A DNA stretch of 64,000 bases from Azolla caroliniana (lineage: Eukaryota; Plantae; Polypodiophyta), in assembly GCA_043228905.1 (NCBI GenBank), contig JBHGNT010000017.1:18414001-18478000 (forward strand). Reading direction: 5' to 3'. Made by a program: the position numbers and the translations under genes. Within the stretch, counting starts at the first letter, position 1; each line of letters opens with the position of its first letter. The notes under the pieces were generated by a model, which saw nothing but the letters and a program-made list of their open reading frames with translations, searched no databases and had not been told where the DNA came from. Shown here piece by piece: positions 11,556 through 22,589 of this stretch.

Positions 11556-11599
<44 letters not shown>

Positions 11600-11616
11600 A
11601 ATGACGGTGTGTGACC

Positions 11617-14600
11617 TTACACATCCGTAGGTCCCTTCGGACCCTGACCGTTTGCCTTACGGGTTGCCGTGTCTTCCTTCGTCGCTACTACGGGTTCCCT
11701 GTCGTCTTTTTCTTCCGGATCGATCCGTACCGGTCCCGGACAGGTTCCTGGTATAGTGCCGGTGAGCTGCATAAACGGGTTCTTTGGCATCGGTCCTTTA
11801 TAGGGCTTTAGTCGAAATCCATTCACCCACTTGCCTACTACTTCCCCGGCAAGTGTCCCTATCTGATAGGACCCGTTGTATTCCCTTGTCAGCCAATAAG
11901 GGCCTGTCCATCTGAACCGGAGTTTACCCGGCATCTTGCCCATCCTCGTTTGGAATACTAGCACCGGCTTTCCGATTTCGAACATTTTCTCATTACCTTT
12001 CCGGTGACGGTCAACGAACGCTTTCCGTCGTCGTTGCTCCAGTTCCATGTGTAGGATGCTGGCCAGCCGTTGCTCCTCCAGTTCGCATAGTGCTGCTAGC
12101 CGCATTTCCTCCGACTTCTTTTCATTCAGCCGTTCCCGTAGTTGGATCCGTAAGCTTGGTACCTGAAACTCGACCGGCATGACCGCTTCTAAGCCGAATG
12201 CTAACCGGAACGGCGTTGTCCGGATACTCGTTTTGTATGCCGTTCTGTACGCCCATAGCGCACTATGGAGCTTTGTGTCCCAGTCCGTCCGGTTTTCATT
12301 GACAATTTTGCGGAGAATGTTCTGCAGCGTTTTGTTGGTGGACTCTGCTAACCCGTTCGCCTGTGGGTAATACGGTGTGCTTCTTTTATGGACCACGGCA
12401 TAGAACGTTGTTAAGCTTTCCACTACCTGGCCGAGGAAGTGGCCTCCTTGGTCGCTGATTAATTCAATCGGACATCCATATCGGCACCAAATGTTTTCGT
12501 ACAGGAATTTTGCTGTGGATGACGCGGTGTTGTCTCTCAGGGCCTTAGCTTCCACCCATTTCGTGCAATAATCCGTTGCCACGATGACATAACGATTACC
12601 CGTTCTCATTGCCGGTGGCTTGAACGGTCCGACAAAATCCAACCCCCACTTCTGGAATGGCTCTAGTGGAAGTACCGGTTGGTGTGGCATCCGTGCTTGC
12701 TCCGTAGGCTGGCCCATTCGTTGGCATAGGTCACATTCCTTAGCATACTTGACGGCATCTTTTAGCGTCGTGGGCCACCATAAGCCGCTCTGCCATACTT
12801 TCCTCGCCGTCGCTTCCCCGGCATAGTGTCCTCCGGCAACCCCACAGTGTGCTTCCCGTAAGATTACTTCTTTCTCGTCACTACGGACTGCCCGTCGCCA
12901 TATTCCATCTGCTCCTTTGTGGTAGAGAGTATCCCGTAACAGACAGAAATTGCGGCTCTGCACCGCTAGTCGTTTCCTCTCGTCCCGGTTCATTTCCTCC
13001 GGTGGCAGACCCGTGCTTAGGAATTGGTGCATGTTTGTCAGCCATTTATCTTCTGATGCCACCGTGTCGTCCGCTGCCGTTTCCGGGGTGATACGGAATA
13101 ACTCCGCGTCCGGGAATTCATCCGCTACTCCGTCGCCTGGTTCTCCGGACTCTAACCGGCTCAGGTAGTCTGCTACGGCATGCTGGATACCGGGCCGGTG
13201 AAAAATCTCGAATTCGAACTCCTGCAACAGTAAGGTCCAACGGGCCAACTTACCGGTCAGGGACGCCTTGGAAACTAAGTAGAGGAGCGCCGAGTGATCC
13301 ACATGGAAGGAGAACTTCCTTCCCAATAGGTAGTGACGAAACTTTGTTACACTGTAGATCATGCCCAGAGCCTCCCGTTCCGTCGTTGAATAGTTCTTCT
13401 CCGCTTGGGACAGCTTCCGGCTGGCGTAATATACCGGCCGGTACCATTTGGGCTCCGTAAGCTGCATTAAGGCGCTGCCAATAGCGATGTCGGACGCGTC
13501 CACGAACACGTGAAATTCCTTGCTCCAATCCGGAGGCTGCACGACGGGTGCTTGTGATAAAAGAACCTTCAGGGCATTGTATGCCTTATCCTCCGTATCC
13601 GTCCATTGGAACGGTGTCCGATGTACCGCGGTGTGTAATGGTGTCGCCAAGTCCGCCAAGTGACGGAGCATCCGGCTGTGCCACCGGATTTGTCCTAGGA
13701 ATCGGCTTAGTGCTTTGGCCGTTTTCGGCGCCGGTGCCCCTAGTATGGCGTTTACTTTGTCCGGGTCGACCGCAATGCCCTCCTTACTTACGATGTGTCC
13801 CAGCAATATTCCACTTGAAACCCCAAAGATGCATTTTGCTGGATTTAAGCTTAGCCGGTATAACCTACACTTTTCAAGGCATAACCGTAGGTGCTGCAAA
13901 TGGTCTTTTCCCCGGCTATAGACTGCAAAATCATCCAGGAAAACTTGCATGAAGGCAGGGATGTATTCGCCGAAGATCTCCATGATGATTCGCTGGAAAG
14001 TTGCTGGTGCCGTTTTTAGGCCGAACATCATGACTTCGGCCACGAACACCCCCCATTCGGTAACGAACGCTGTCTTTTCCTGGTCGTCCGGGTGCATCCG
14101 GATTTGATTGTACCCGCTGAACCCGTCTAAAAAGCTATAAACTTCATGACCGGCGACGGCATCCAGTACTCCGTCCGTGAACGGAAGAGGGAATGCATCC
14201 GTAATTGTGGCGGCATTTAGTTTCCTGTAATCAACACACACACGGATTTTACCGTTCTTCTTGGGGACGACGACGATGGGGCTCAGCCACGTCGCTTTCT
14301 TTACCGGCCGGATGAAGCCCACTCTTAGGAGTTTGTCGATTTCCTCCTTCACTTTGGCGGCGTAGTTGGGGTTCATTCGGTAACGTCGTTGCGCCACTGG
14401 TTTCGCGTCCTTGCCTAGGTGGATCTGATGCTGATATAATTGAGGGTCCAGCCCTCGCATGTCTTCGTATGACCAGGCGAATACGTCGCGAAACTCCGTG
14501 AGAAGTTTGATCATCGCCGCTTTATCTTCCGGCTTCATTTCTTTGGCGATGTGTACCGGCTTTGATTCGTCTTTGCTTCCTAGGTTCACTTCGTCGAGCT

Positions 14601-17469
14601 GGGATGCTTTTACCCTTTGGGAAACGGCCATTTCCCGTTCCAACGCTTCCTGTGCTTGCCGTAATTCCCGAATCGCATCTTTGTCTGGTTCGGCTTCGGT
14701 GTCGTCCCGCTGCGGCAAGTATGCGGCTACGGCTTCAGCTACGTCAATCTCGAAGAGTGGTACGATCTTCGGATGTTCCTCCAAGTACCGGGCTTCTTCG
14801 TCGTCCGCCAATCCTTCAAGCATGTTCACACATTCCGCATACAGCGGTGTGCACTCCTTACCGTTGCTCGTCCGTGGTTGTGTCGGTACCCGGACCTTGG
14901 CTTTTCCGCGCCGGAAGGTAATCATATTTTTTCGCCAATTTTGCTTGATGTGTGCTGTTTTCAACCATGGTCTGCCCAGCAGCAGTGGGTACGCGCCTTG
15001 CGCCTGTAGCTGCAGCACTACAGCCGAGATGTGAAATGTGTGGCCTCCTATGGTGACTTCCAATTTCCGTATTAAGCCCGTCGGCCGTACAGAGCTCGTA
15101 TCCGCCATCCGTAGCCAGAACGGACATGGCTCCCATTCATGTATACCCAAGGCATCACACGTGCGAAGGCTTATTACGTTCACTCCGGAACCTCCATCGA
15201 TTACTGTGCCGGGAAGTTCGTGCCCTTTGACAATGGCTGTGATCACCGGACTACTAGTGTCCACCACCGTCGGTCCCTCCTCCGGATTCGAGAAAAGGAC
15301 TGGTGCTGGTGGAGCTATACCGTCTGTCATGACCGTTTTTAGTCCTTCTGTGAATCGCGGCACGAGCTGCAAGAGTCTTCCTAGTGGTAACGTGATCTGA
15401 CATTCTTGTAGTGCTTGCCATGTCTCGTTTTCTGGGTGGCTACCGCCGGCACTCCCTATGGTCTTCGCCTTTTGCCGTTCCGCGTCCGCGACGTTTCTTT
15501 CATTGGCTTCCTTCACCCATTCCGTCGCCTGTTTTCGTATGGCCTCTTGTGTTTCCCATTCTTTGGCCATGCCTTTCGACCGTGTGGTTACTTGCTGTAA
15601 ATCCGCCACCTCCGGAACCACCATATTAACTGCTGGTCGTTTCTCGTAGCTCTTTACCGGGCACTGGTTACTGTAGTGGCCTTCCTGCCTGCAGTAGTAG
15701 CAGTACTCTTTACGGGTATTGCTGGATTCAGCATTGCTGTTAGCCGGAGTCGGTCCCGTAGCGAGTGGTGCGTTCTGTGCCGGTTGGCTCCTTGGGGTTC
15801 CATGTTCCGGGTCCTTAGGGTGACCACCTTTCTTGAAATTTCGTTTCTTATTATTCTTATGTTTATTTCGGTAGTCCGGTCGTGGTGGATCGTAAAATCG
15901 GCCGTAGTCCTCCTGGTGCCTTCGGTAACCAGGGGAATGGTCTCTGTCGTATTGCTCGTGTCGCCTGTTGGGCTCTCGATAACGGTCCGATCGCTCATAC
16001 CGGTCGTAGTTATCACGCCGATTCCCGTACCGGCCATCATTCTCTTGCCTGTCTCCGTACCGGACATCCTGTGCCGGTCGGTACCGGTTCATTTTTTGCC
16101 AACGATCTTCATCTTCGTGTTGGCTGCTTCTTGGCTCGATTCGTCGGACGGGTGGTGCTTGTCGGTTTAACAGGTTATACTCGCACCGGTCCGTTGTATG
16201 ACTCTTGGATTGACAAATCACACACTGAGTGCGCATGGTGCACTCTACTGCCGAGTGTCCGGCATTCAAGCAGATTGTGCATTGAATTGCCTGCCGGAAC
16301 CGGAGATCTTCCTCGGTGGGTAACGCCCGTTGCAGTGTTCCCAGCGTAAGCCATGAGCTTGTCTTTTCCATCTCTCTGACCCGGTCAATGACCTGATCGA
16401 TGGTGCATCCTCGAAAGTCGATCACCGTACACACCGTGCGTAACGGTTCCCGGAGTGCGTTTAAAAATATCGTCCGTAATTCCTCCTCCGGGGGTGCACG
16501 GGCAAGCTGGCTATGCATTCGTTGGAAACGGATGACGAATTGGGGAATGCTTTCCCCTGCCTCCTGCCGGATCGTATAAAACAAGCCCACCATTGTCGTC
16601 TGGTCGACCTCCTTGTGGAAAAAATGCAAGAATTTTGCTTTTAATTCTGCAAATGTTGTGATGGTCGCCGGGTCCTGCGACCGCCGCCATCGTGTCGCTG
16701 GTCCCTCCAACGTGACTCCGAATTCCGCTATCTTCGAGCGTTCTTCTTCCTCCGGTGTCATTCGCTGGGACGTGTGATTTGCTTCCCATGTCTGCTCGAA
16801 GTCATCCACATGCGCTTCCGCATCCGGATCATCGCGGTACTTTGAGTATTGGAACGGCATGTCGTCGTCCAGTATTAAGCCGCGGTTTAGTGGCGTTTGT
16901 TGATATTTTTCCGGTTCTTTCTCCGGTTCCACTTCCGGTTCTTTTGCCGGTCCTTTTTCCGGCTCTTCTTCCGGTACCTTTGCCGGTCCGTTCGTCGGTG
17001 TTGGTGGCTTTGCTTCTTCCACTTCCGGTGTTGGTGGGTTGACGGCTTCCGTTTGCGGTTCCGGATAGCCCTGGTTGAGCGGTTCCGGTTCTGGAGTCGG
17101 CACGGTATCCGACCCGTCGTCTTCCGGGCCGCCGGGGGTATCGTTGCTGCTCCGGTAGTTCGTGTGCACGCTGTATCCCCCTTCGAAATCCGATTCGTAG
17201 GCTGAAAAGGCTTCTGCCTCGTTTTCTCCGCTTGCCAGCGCCTCCAGGAGTCGTTCGGTTTCCCGGAGACTACTTAGACTGCTTCCGTCGTCCTGGTCGC
17301 GAGTTTGCCGTAACCGGAGAGATTCCTCCACGACTCTCCGGATCTCGTTGGAGAACGAACGATCCGAGCGAATTTCCTGCGCTGCTTGCTGGAAAGTCTC
17401 ACGCCGTCTTTGCCGTTCGGCGATGCGTCGAGCTCGGTCTGTAACCAAGTCGTGCGTTGGTCTAGTCAT
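11617..17469 (-). CDS. Gag-Pol polyprotein, 1950 aa, intact
   Basis: Three CCHC knuckles, protease IDGGSG, RT FLDDF, RNase H VDASD, integrase HHCC + GLDFVGP + GPY motifs in one frame. Confidence 0.97.
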   Translation of the reverse strand: MTRPTHDLVTDRARRIAERQRRRETFQQAAQEIRSDRSFSNEIRRVVEESLRLRQTRDQDDGSSLSSLRETERLLEALASGENEAEAFSAYESDFEGGYSVHTNYRSSNDTPGGPEDDGSDTVPTPEPEPLNQGYPEPQTEAVNPPTPEVEEAKPPTPTNGPAKVPEEEPEKGPAKEPEVEPEKEPEKYQQTPLNRGLILDDDMPFQYSKYRDDPDAEAHVDDFEQTWEANHTSQRMTPEEEERSKIAEFGVTLEGPATRWRRSQDPATITTFAELKAKFLHFFHKEVDQTTMVGLFYTIRQEAGESIPQFVIRFQRMHSQLARAPPEEELRTIFLNALREPLRTVCTVIDFRGCTIDQVIDRVREMEKTSSWLTLGTLQRALPTEEDLRFRQAIQCTICLNAGHSAVECTMRTQCVICQSKSHTTDRCEYNLLNRQAPPVRRIEPRSSQHEDEDRWQKMNRYRPAQDVRYGDRQENDGRYGNRRDNYDRYERSDRYREPNRRHEQYDRDHSPGYRRHQEDYGRFYDPPRPDYRNKHKNNKKRNFKKGGHPKDPEHGTPRSQPAQNAPLATGPTPANSNAESSNTRKEYCYYCRQEGHYSNQCPVKSYEKRPAVNMVVPEVADLQQVTTRSKGMAKEWETQEAIRKQATEWVKEANERNVADAERQKAKTIGSAGGSHPENETWQALQECQITLPLGRLLQLVPRFTEGLKTVMTDGIAPPAPVLFSNPEEGPTVVDTSSPVITAIVKGHELPGTVIDGGSGVNVISLRTCDALGIHEWEPCPFWLRMADTSSVRPTGLIRKLEVTIGGHTFHISAVVLQLQAQGAYPLLLGRPWLKTAHIKQNWRKNMITFRRGKAKVRVPTQPRTSNGKECTPLYAECVNMLEGLADDEEARYLEEHPKIVPLFEIDVAEAVAAYLPQRDDTEAEPDKDAIRELRQAQEALEREMAVSQRVKASQLDEVNLGSKDESKPVHIAKEMKPEDKAAMIKLLTEFRDVFAWSYEDMRGLDPQLYQHQIHLGKDAKPVAQRRYRMNPNYAAKVKEEIDKLLRVGFIRPVKKATWLSPIVVVPKKNGKIRVCVDYRKLNAATITDAFPLPFTDGVLDAVAGHEVYSFLDGFSGYNQIRMHPDDQEKTAFVTEWGVFVAEVMMFGLKTAPATFQRIIMEIFGEYIPAFMQVFLDDFAVYSRGKDHLQHLRLCLEKCRLYRLSLNPAKCIFGVSSGILLGHIVSKEGIAVDPDKVNAILGAPAPKTAKALSRFLGQIRWHSRMLRHLADLATPLHTAVHRTPFQWTDTEDKAYNALKVLLSQAPVVQPPDWSKEFHVFVDASDIAIGSALMQLTEPKWYRPVYYASRKLSQAEKNYSTTEREALGMIYSVTKFRHYLLGRKFSFHVDHSALLYLVSKASLTGKLARWTLLLQEFEFEIFHRPGIQHAVADYLSRLESGEPGDGVADEFPDAELFRITPETAADDTVASEDKWLTNMHQFLSTGLPPEEMNRDERKRLAVQSRNFCLLRDTLYHKGADGIWRRAVRSDEKEVILREAHCGVAGGHYAGEATARKVWQSGLWWPTTLKDAVKYAKECDLCQRMGQPTEQARMPHQPVLPLEPFQKWGLDFVGPFKPPAMRTGNRYVIVATDYCTKWVEAKALRDNTASSTAKFLYENIWCRYGCPIELISDQGGHFLGQVVESLTTFYAVVHKRSTPYYPQANGLAESTNKTLQNILRKIVNENRTDWDTKLHSALWAYRTAYKTSIRTTPFRLAFGLEAVMPVEFQVPSLRIQLRERLNEKKSEEMRLAALCELEEQRLASILHMELEQRRRKAFVDRHRKGNEKMFEIGKPVLVFQTRMGKMPGKLRFRWTGPYWLTREYNGSYQIGTLAGEVVGKWVNGFRLKPYKGPMPKNPFMQLTGTIPGTCPGPVRIDPEEKDDREPVVATKEDTATRKANGQGPKGPTDV

Positions 17470-17503
17470 CCATTACCGTCGTTCGCTGCGAGAAAGCAGG
17501 ATC

Positions 17504-17513
17504 GTGGTCGCCA
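17504..17513 (-). promoter_or_regulatory. Primer-binding site TGGCGACCAC (probably tRNA-Arg)
   Basis: Starts with TGG, 6 nt inside the 5' LTR boundary. The tRNA identity is recalled from tRNA-Arg 3' ends and not verified. Confidence 0.7.
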
Positions 17514-17519
17514 AAACTG

Positions 17520-18000
17520 TGTTATTCGCTTAGCCGGACAAGGCCTAACACAAGGTGTCACGGAGACACTTCACCAAAGGGTGATTACGGCATAGGATTA
17601 AGATTCAACGATTACACCGACTTACGTAGGTTACACGATTAGATTGCTTTGGTTAATTACACGCGTAAGATATAACAGTGATTACAGAACGGAAATCAAG
17701 ACAGAAGTATAAACATCATAATCTCTATTAATTATCCGCTGTCATTACAATAGGGTCCGGGCCTTTAAATAGGTTATCAGAATCTCTATTAATTATCCGC
17801 TGTCATTACAATAGGGTCCGGGCCTTTAAATAGGTTTCCGGCCCGTAGTACAAAACGGTGCCTCTCGCACCTATTCGGGATCCGTCCGGATCTGGAACGG
17901 CATACCGTTTCCAGTCCGTCCGTCCACACTATGCTCATTTACAACCATATCTAATTAATTCCTTCACTCCGTATTTTGGACTCCTTGCCGGCCGGTAACA
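17520..18000 (-). repeat. 5' LTR of the Gypsy element
   Basis: TG...CA, 481 bp, near-identical to 7993-8473. Confidence 0.97.
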
Positions 18001-18839
18001 GGTTTCCCCTACTTCCTTTTGCTCTTCTATACCCTTTGATTTCTCCAGCTATAATATAGGTATATATATACGATGAAATTTCTTCGAGAATTCACAAATA
18101 GTTTGTTGTAAATAGGTGAAAAGAAATCTCCAGAAATTCAATCCAAGGAACTGAGACGATAGATCAAACCCTAATGGTGAGAGTCTCTATAAATAGAAGA
18201 CCCAAATTTAGACCAAAACAAGCAAACTAAAGAAGCAAAATTTAGTCAAAAAGAAGATGAAAGTGAGAAATTACATTTATTCTCTATTTCTCTTTTCCTT
18301 TTTTATTTCTTTTATTCTCGACCTTCAAGCTCTGTCCAACTCGCAGTGACGAAAATACAAACAGCATAAAAACAAACCAACAAATAAATAAATAAATTCA
18401 AGGAAAATATTTCCTCTTGGAATTTGGAAGAATAATATCTGTTATTGGGTTAATATTATTACAAAATACCCTTTGGTGTAGTATCACGTAATTACAGCTG
18501 ATACCCTTCGTATTTTTGTTCTAAATTCTAATACGTGACTCCCCCCCCATTCACACCTTAACATCTGAGTTTGAGCCTCGTCCATTGACTTTTTTCCTAT
18601 TCCCGATGCTCCACTTCAAACCCTTGTTGTTCTGATCCACCCAAATTCTTTTACTAGTCCATCAAAACTAGTATTGCTCTCCTCTTTAAGGGCAAAAGTT
18701 TGGGAATTATATTCATGTAAAATCTCATTGCCCAACAGGTCATAACTAATATGTATGGGTTTAATGATGCTAGTGATTGTTTTGAACTGATGGTATGATC
18801 TTTTCTTACATGACCCATTTCTTCTTATTCAGAATAATT

Positions 18840-21080
18840 ATGGCTCCTAAAAGAAAAAACCAACGAACCATCAGTGCGATGTTTGCATGGAAACCACCCA
18901 ACGATACCAATGACATAAATCTAAACAATGATTTAAATGAGGATATGGATATGTTTGGGACTGATTTAGAGAGTTTAACTCGAGAGAGTTGTTCCTCTAA
19001 TATAACTAAAGAAAAGCCTAAGAGAAAATTCCGTGAAGCATGGAGAGATAAATTCCCATGGATAAGATGCATTGTGCAAGGAGACAAAACATTAATGAAA
19101 TGTGCATGGTGTGAGAAATACGCTAGTCCTGGGCCTTGGGGTCTTGGTTTTGGATGCATTACTTTGCAACTTGATGCAATTTTGACCCATGTCAACTCAA
19201 GTGGTCATAAATTATGTGCATCAAAGTGGATATGTGATGTTGAAGGGAAAGCAATGTCCATCCCAAAGCATGTATCACAATTAGATGATATTAACAAAAA
19301 TAAGGTCATAACAACAATGAAACTCATGTACTTTATTGCAAAAAAAGATTTGTCTATCGCTACATACCAAGAATTATGTGATTTGGCTGTGCTACTAGAG
19401 GTGCCTAATATGCCTAAGCAACATGATTATATATCTTATACTAGTAGATATGGGGGATATGAATTTTTGGTTGCCTTCGGGAAATATCTTCTAGAAATTC
19501 AAAGCTCAAACCTAATAAATTCCCCATACTACTCTTTGATGCTAGATGAAAGTACTGACAATGGATTAGAGTTGCATCTCATTATGTATGTTACATATTT
19601 GCAATGTGGTGGTTGTGGGCCTAAGCAAACTGAATATATGGGTTTGCTGAAAATTCCCAATGGTAAAGGTAGAACTATATATGAACATGTTAAGCATCTA
19701 TTAGGCGATCGATGCCTCAACATGAACAAGTTGATCGGATTGGCAACTGATGGTGCATCATCAATGATTGGTAGTGAAATTGGAACAGTAACATTAATGA
19801 AAAATGATATCCCAAATTTGGTTGGTGTACATTGTATTGCTCATAGAGAAGCATTGGTTATTTCAGATGTATCTAAAGATATCCCTGAGCTCATTCTTGT
19901 AGAAAAAATTGCAAATAAGGTATATGCATGGGCTAACAATAGTACCAAAAGGACACATGAAATTTTAGAGCTCTTGGAACAAATGCAATTGGATGCTCAT
20001 AGACCATTACAAATTCATAATATTCGTTGGTTGTCACGTGGTCAAGTCATGGAAAGACTAGTGAGTATAATGCCTGCAATACTTACTATTTGGAAGAAAG
20101 AGAACTTAAACGAGTGGTATAATAAAGCTTGTATCTATAGTGTGCAATTTTGCTTTTGTATGATGGCTGATGTGTTGCATTTGATGAATATCTTGAGCTT
20201 GAAACTTCAAAAAGAGAATTTGGATGTAACTTCAATTGGTGCAGAAATTGATATTACAATTTCTAATTTGCGGAGGTCTTTCTTGAGAAATGACACATTT
20301 GCGGATGGAACAATGTATTTATCCAAGTTCTTAAGATGTTCTAAAGTTGGGTTTTTGGAAATAGAGGATAAAGATGGCGTTACATATAGACATGAACTAT
20401 ACTTCAAACAAATTCCTATGGATAAAGCAAGTCAAAATGATCCAAATCCCAATATTGCAAAATCTAAGGGAATGAGGCCATTTATAGATGGATCACTTGA
20501 AAGTTGTATTAAACTATCTCAAAATTATGTGCAAAATGTTATTGATGGACTAAATGCAAGATTCCCTGACTTAAGCCTCTTCAATGCAGCAAAATTATTC
20601 AGCCCATGCCATTATGCAGATGATGATGTGATTAGGGATAGTAAAGCAAAGACATGGTTGGGAATTTTGATTTCTCACTTACAGCCAAATGTTGATGTCA
20701 ATGCATGTCCTCAAATTTCACATGATGCAAAGGCTTGTGAAATGGAACTCTATAGGTTTGTTGACACTTTACGTTTAAATTGTGAAGGCTATACTATGCA
20801 TGAAGCTTGGCGTATGTTTTGCAAAATGAAGGATTGGCAAGATAGTTTCCCTCATTTGATGAAATTATGGCAAGCTACTTTGGTTATTCCTTCTAGCACA
20901 GTTTCGTGTGAGAGAGGGTTCTCTAAGCAAAATCTCATCAAAGAGATGAAAAGAAATCGATTGAATATAGAGCATTTAGATGATTTAATGCGAGTCTCAT
21001 TGAATGAGCCACGCATTGAAGAAATACAATGGGATCGTGTACATGAAATTTGGAAAGATGCAAAGGATAGAAGGATATAA
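18840..21080 (+). CDS. hAT transposase (ZNF862-like), apparently intact
   Basis: N-terminal NLS-like MAPKRK and Zn-finger-like CxxC..H..H. Catalytic motifs LMLDEST, ATDGAS, HCIAH and SCERGFS, plus a C-terminal dimerisation region. The ORF track starts at 18795. Confidence 0.95.
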   Translation: MAPKRKNQRTISAMFAWKPPNDTNDINLNNDLNEDMDMFGTDLESLTRESCSSNITKEKPKRKFREAWRDKFPWIRCIVQGDKTLMKCAWCEKYASPGPWGLGFGCITLQLDAILTHVNSSGHKLCASKWICDVEGKAMSIPKHVSQLDDINKNKVITTMKLMYFIAKKDLSIATYQELCDLAVLLEVPNMPKQHDYISYTSRYGGYEFLVAFGKYLLEIQSSNLINSPYYSLMLDESTDNGLELHLIMYVTYLQCGGCGPKQTEYMGLLKIPNGKGRTIYEHVKHLLGDRCLNMNKLIGLATDGASSMIGSEIGTVTLMKNDIPNLVGVHCIAHREALVISDVSKDIPELILVEKIANKVYAWANNSTKRTHEILELLEQMQLDAHRPLQIHNIRWLSRGQVMERLVSIMPAILTIWKKENLNEWYNKACIYSVQFCFCMMADVLHLMNILSLKLQKENLDVTSIGAEIDITISNLRRSFLRNDTFADGTMYLSKFLRCSKVGFLEIEDKDGVTYRHELYFKQIPMDKASQNDPNPNIAKSKGMRPFIDGSLESCIKLSQNYVQNVIDGLNARFPDLSLFNAAKLFSPCHYADDDVIRDSKAKTWLGILISHLQPNVDVNACPQISHDAKACEMELYRFVDTLRLNCEGYTMHEAWRMFCKMKDWQDSFPHLMKLWQATLVIPSSTVSCERGFSKQNLIKEMKRNRLNIEHLDDLMRVSLNEPRIEEIQWDRVHEIWKDAKDRRI

Positions 21081-21978
21081 TATATTGTTTCGTACAAATA
21101 TTCGATGTATTTACTTTTTGAAGGGCATTTTTTTTGACAAACCGTCAATTTGACGGGCAAAATTTTTGGAATACCGTTCTCATGACAGGCAATGTTAGCC
21201 GTCAAAAGGCAACACTGATCATGATGGTAGCACAAATTTCATTTAAAAATATTTTCAATGCACTTTCAATTGAAACATCGTGTTTGGGCTCCTCTATATA
21301 TACCTCTATAGTGCTATTACAAATCATAGCAAATGCCAAAATTTGATTTCTAAATAATGTTGACATCTTCATCTAAAAACTACATTGCATTATTGATAGG
21401 AAGTTCATGTTGGCATGAGATTAACCATGGTTCATGACATGCATTCCTCTTAGATACAAATTTGAATACACTAGGGATCACCATGCAAGCTCCCACTTTA
21501 CCAAAAAAGTTCTTTTGGCCAAATTGAAGTTATGGTATCACTTTAGTTTTTTTTCATGTCATTTATAGTATTTCAAAGGAAGATCCTCAACGATATCAAC
21601 ACCTTCTCTTTTATAAACTTTGTCTTATTATTAAATGTTATTGTCCAATGTAGAGAGAATGTATATTTCACCCACAAACTCTCTGACCATGGCGAGCATT
21701 TGGTCGGGGAGCTCACGGGCTCACGACTGCAAGTGGAGGCCTCGCACGGTAGTGGTGGAGTCGGAGGTCCAAAGAACATGTGAGCGTACGAACTCAAGAA
21801 GACCTTAGTGGGGTGAAGAGCCTCCTTTAGAACGATCCTCATTGGCGCGGTCATAGGGGGGGGGGGGGGGGGGGTCCCTAATGGGATGCGAAACAATACC
21901 TCACAATGACGTCAACTCCCTCTTCATTGTCGAGAAGAGCCGGGTGCAATAGAGGAAGGAGGGAGAAGAGAACACACA

Positions 21979-22009
<31 letters not shown>

Positions 22010-22589
22010 AGACTCCAGAAATGATTTGCTTAGGTTTTCTTTATAGAGAGAAACAATGCAATGTACATCCACGACATGGAGCCGACACACAACAGACAGT
22101 ACAACGGGTGACTATGGTGAGGCCTCACACGACAATGGTGGAGTTGGAGCTCCGGAGAGCGTGTGAGCGTACGAACTATTATGTACACATAACGTTGGTG
22201 AGGGTAGGTCACCAATATTTACATTAGTGAAGGGTATGTTCACTAATGTTAAAAAGGGGACTAATGATTGGATAGAAGGAATGATAGGTGCATGCACTAT
22301 CATGATTTGGACAACCAATGAATGGAGAGCCGTTTAGAAAGGCACATCTATTCAAGGGGCCTAGGAAAAGGTATAAATATGAGGCTTAGCTACCCTCATA
22401 ATGACATTACGTCAGAAGGCTACTGTCTTAGATACCGGTGATGCGGGCTAGGCTTTCGTCTCGACGACCATGTTTATCTCTTCCAAGGTATTAGTCATCC
22501 TAATATCCGGTTGTATGGGACGTCAGTGGTAGGTTGGCTATGTCTAGATCATAGCTCGAGGGTGGTCGGGTGGAACGAGTTCTTCTATC

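Larger units (their letters stand above)
7993..18000 (-). mobile_element. Full-length Ty3/Gypsy LTR retrotransposon, non-chromovirus (Athila/Phygy/Selgy-like)
   Basis: 481-bp LTRs TG...CA, 5-bp TSD GGTTT (7988-7992 and 18001-18005), domain order PR-RT-RH-INT, RT motif YSFLDGFSGYNQI, no chromodomain. Confidence 0.97.
6060..21217 (+). mobile_element. hAT DNA transposon, autonomous-type, with cargo and a nested Gypsy
   Basis: Perfect 20-bp TIRs CAGTGTTGCCTTTTGACGGC (6060-6079 and 21198-21217). 8-bp TSD ATCATGAT (6052-6059 and 21218-21225). Subterminal CCGTCA/TGACGG motifs at both ends. Internal hAT transposase. Confidence 0.96.

Noticed and set aside
8910-17444. Many + strand ORFs antisense to the Gypsy genes
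   Set aside because: Expected shadow ORFs of GC-rich coding sequence, with no recognisable motifs.
18795-21080. Domesticated ZNF862-like host gene
   Set aside because: Perfect TIRs and TSD show it is still part of a transposon.
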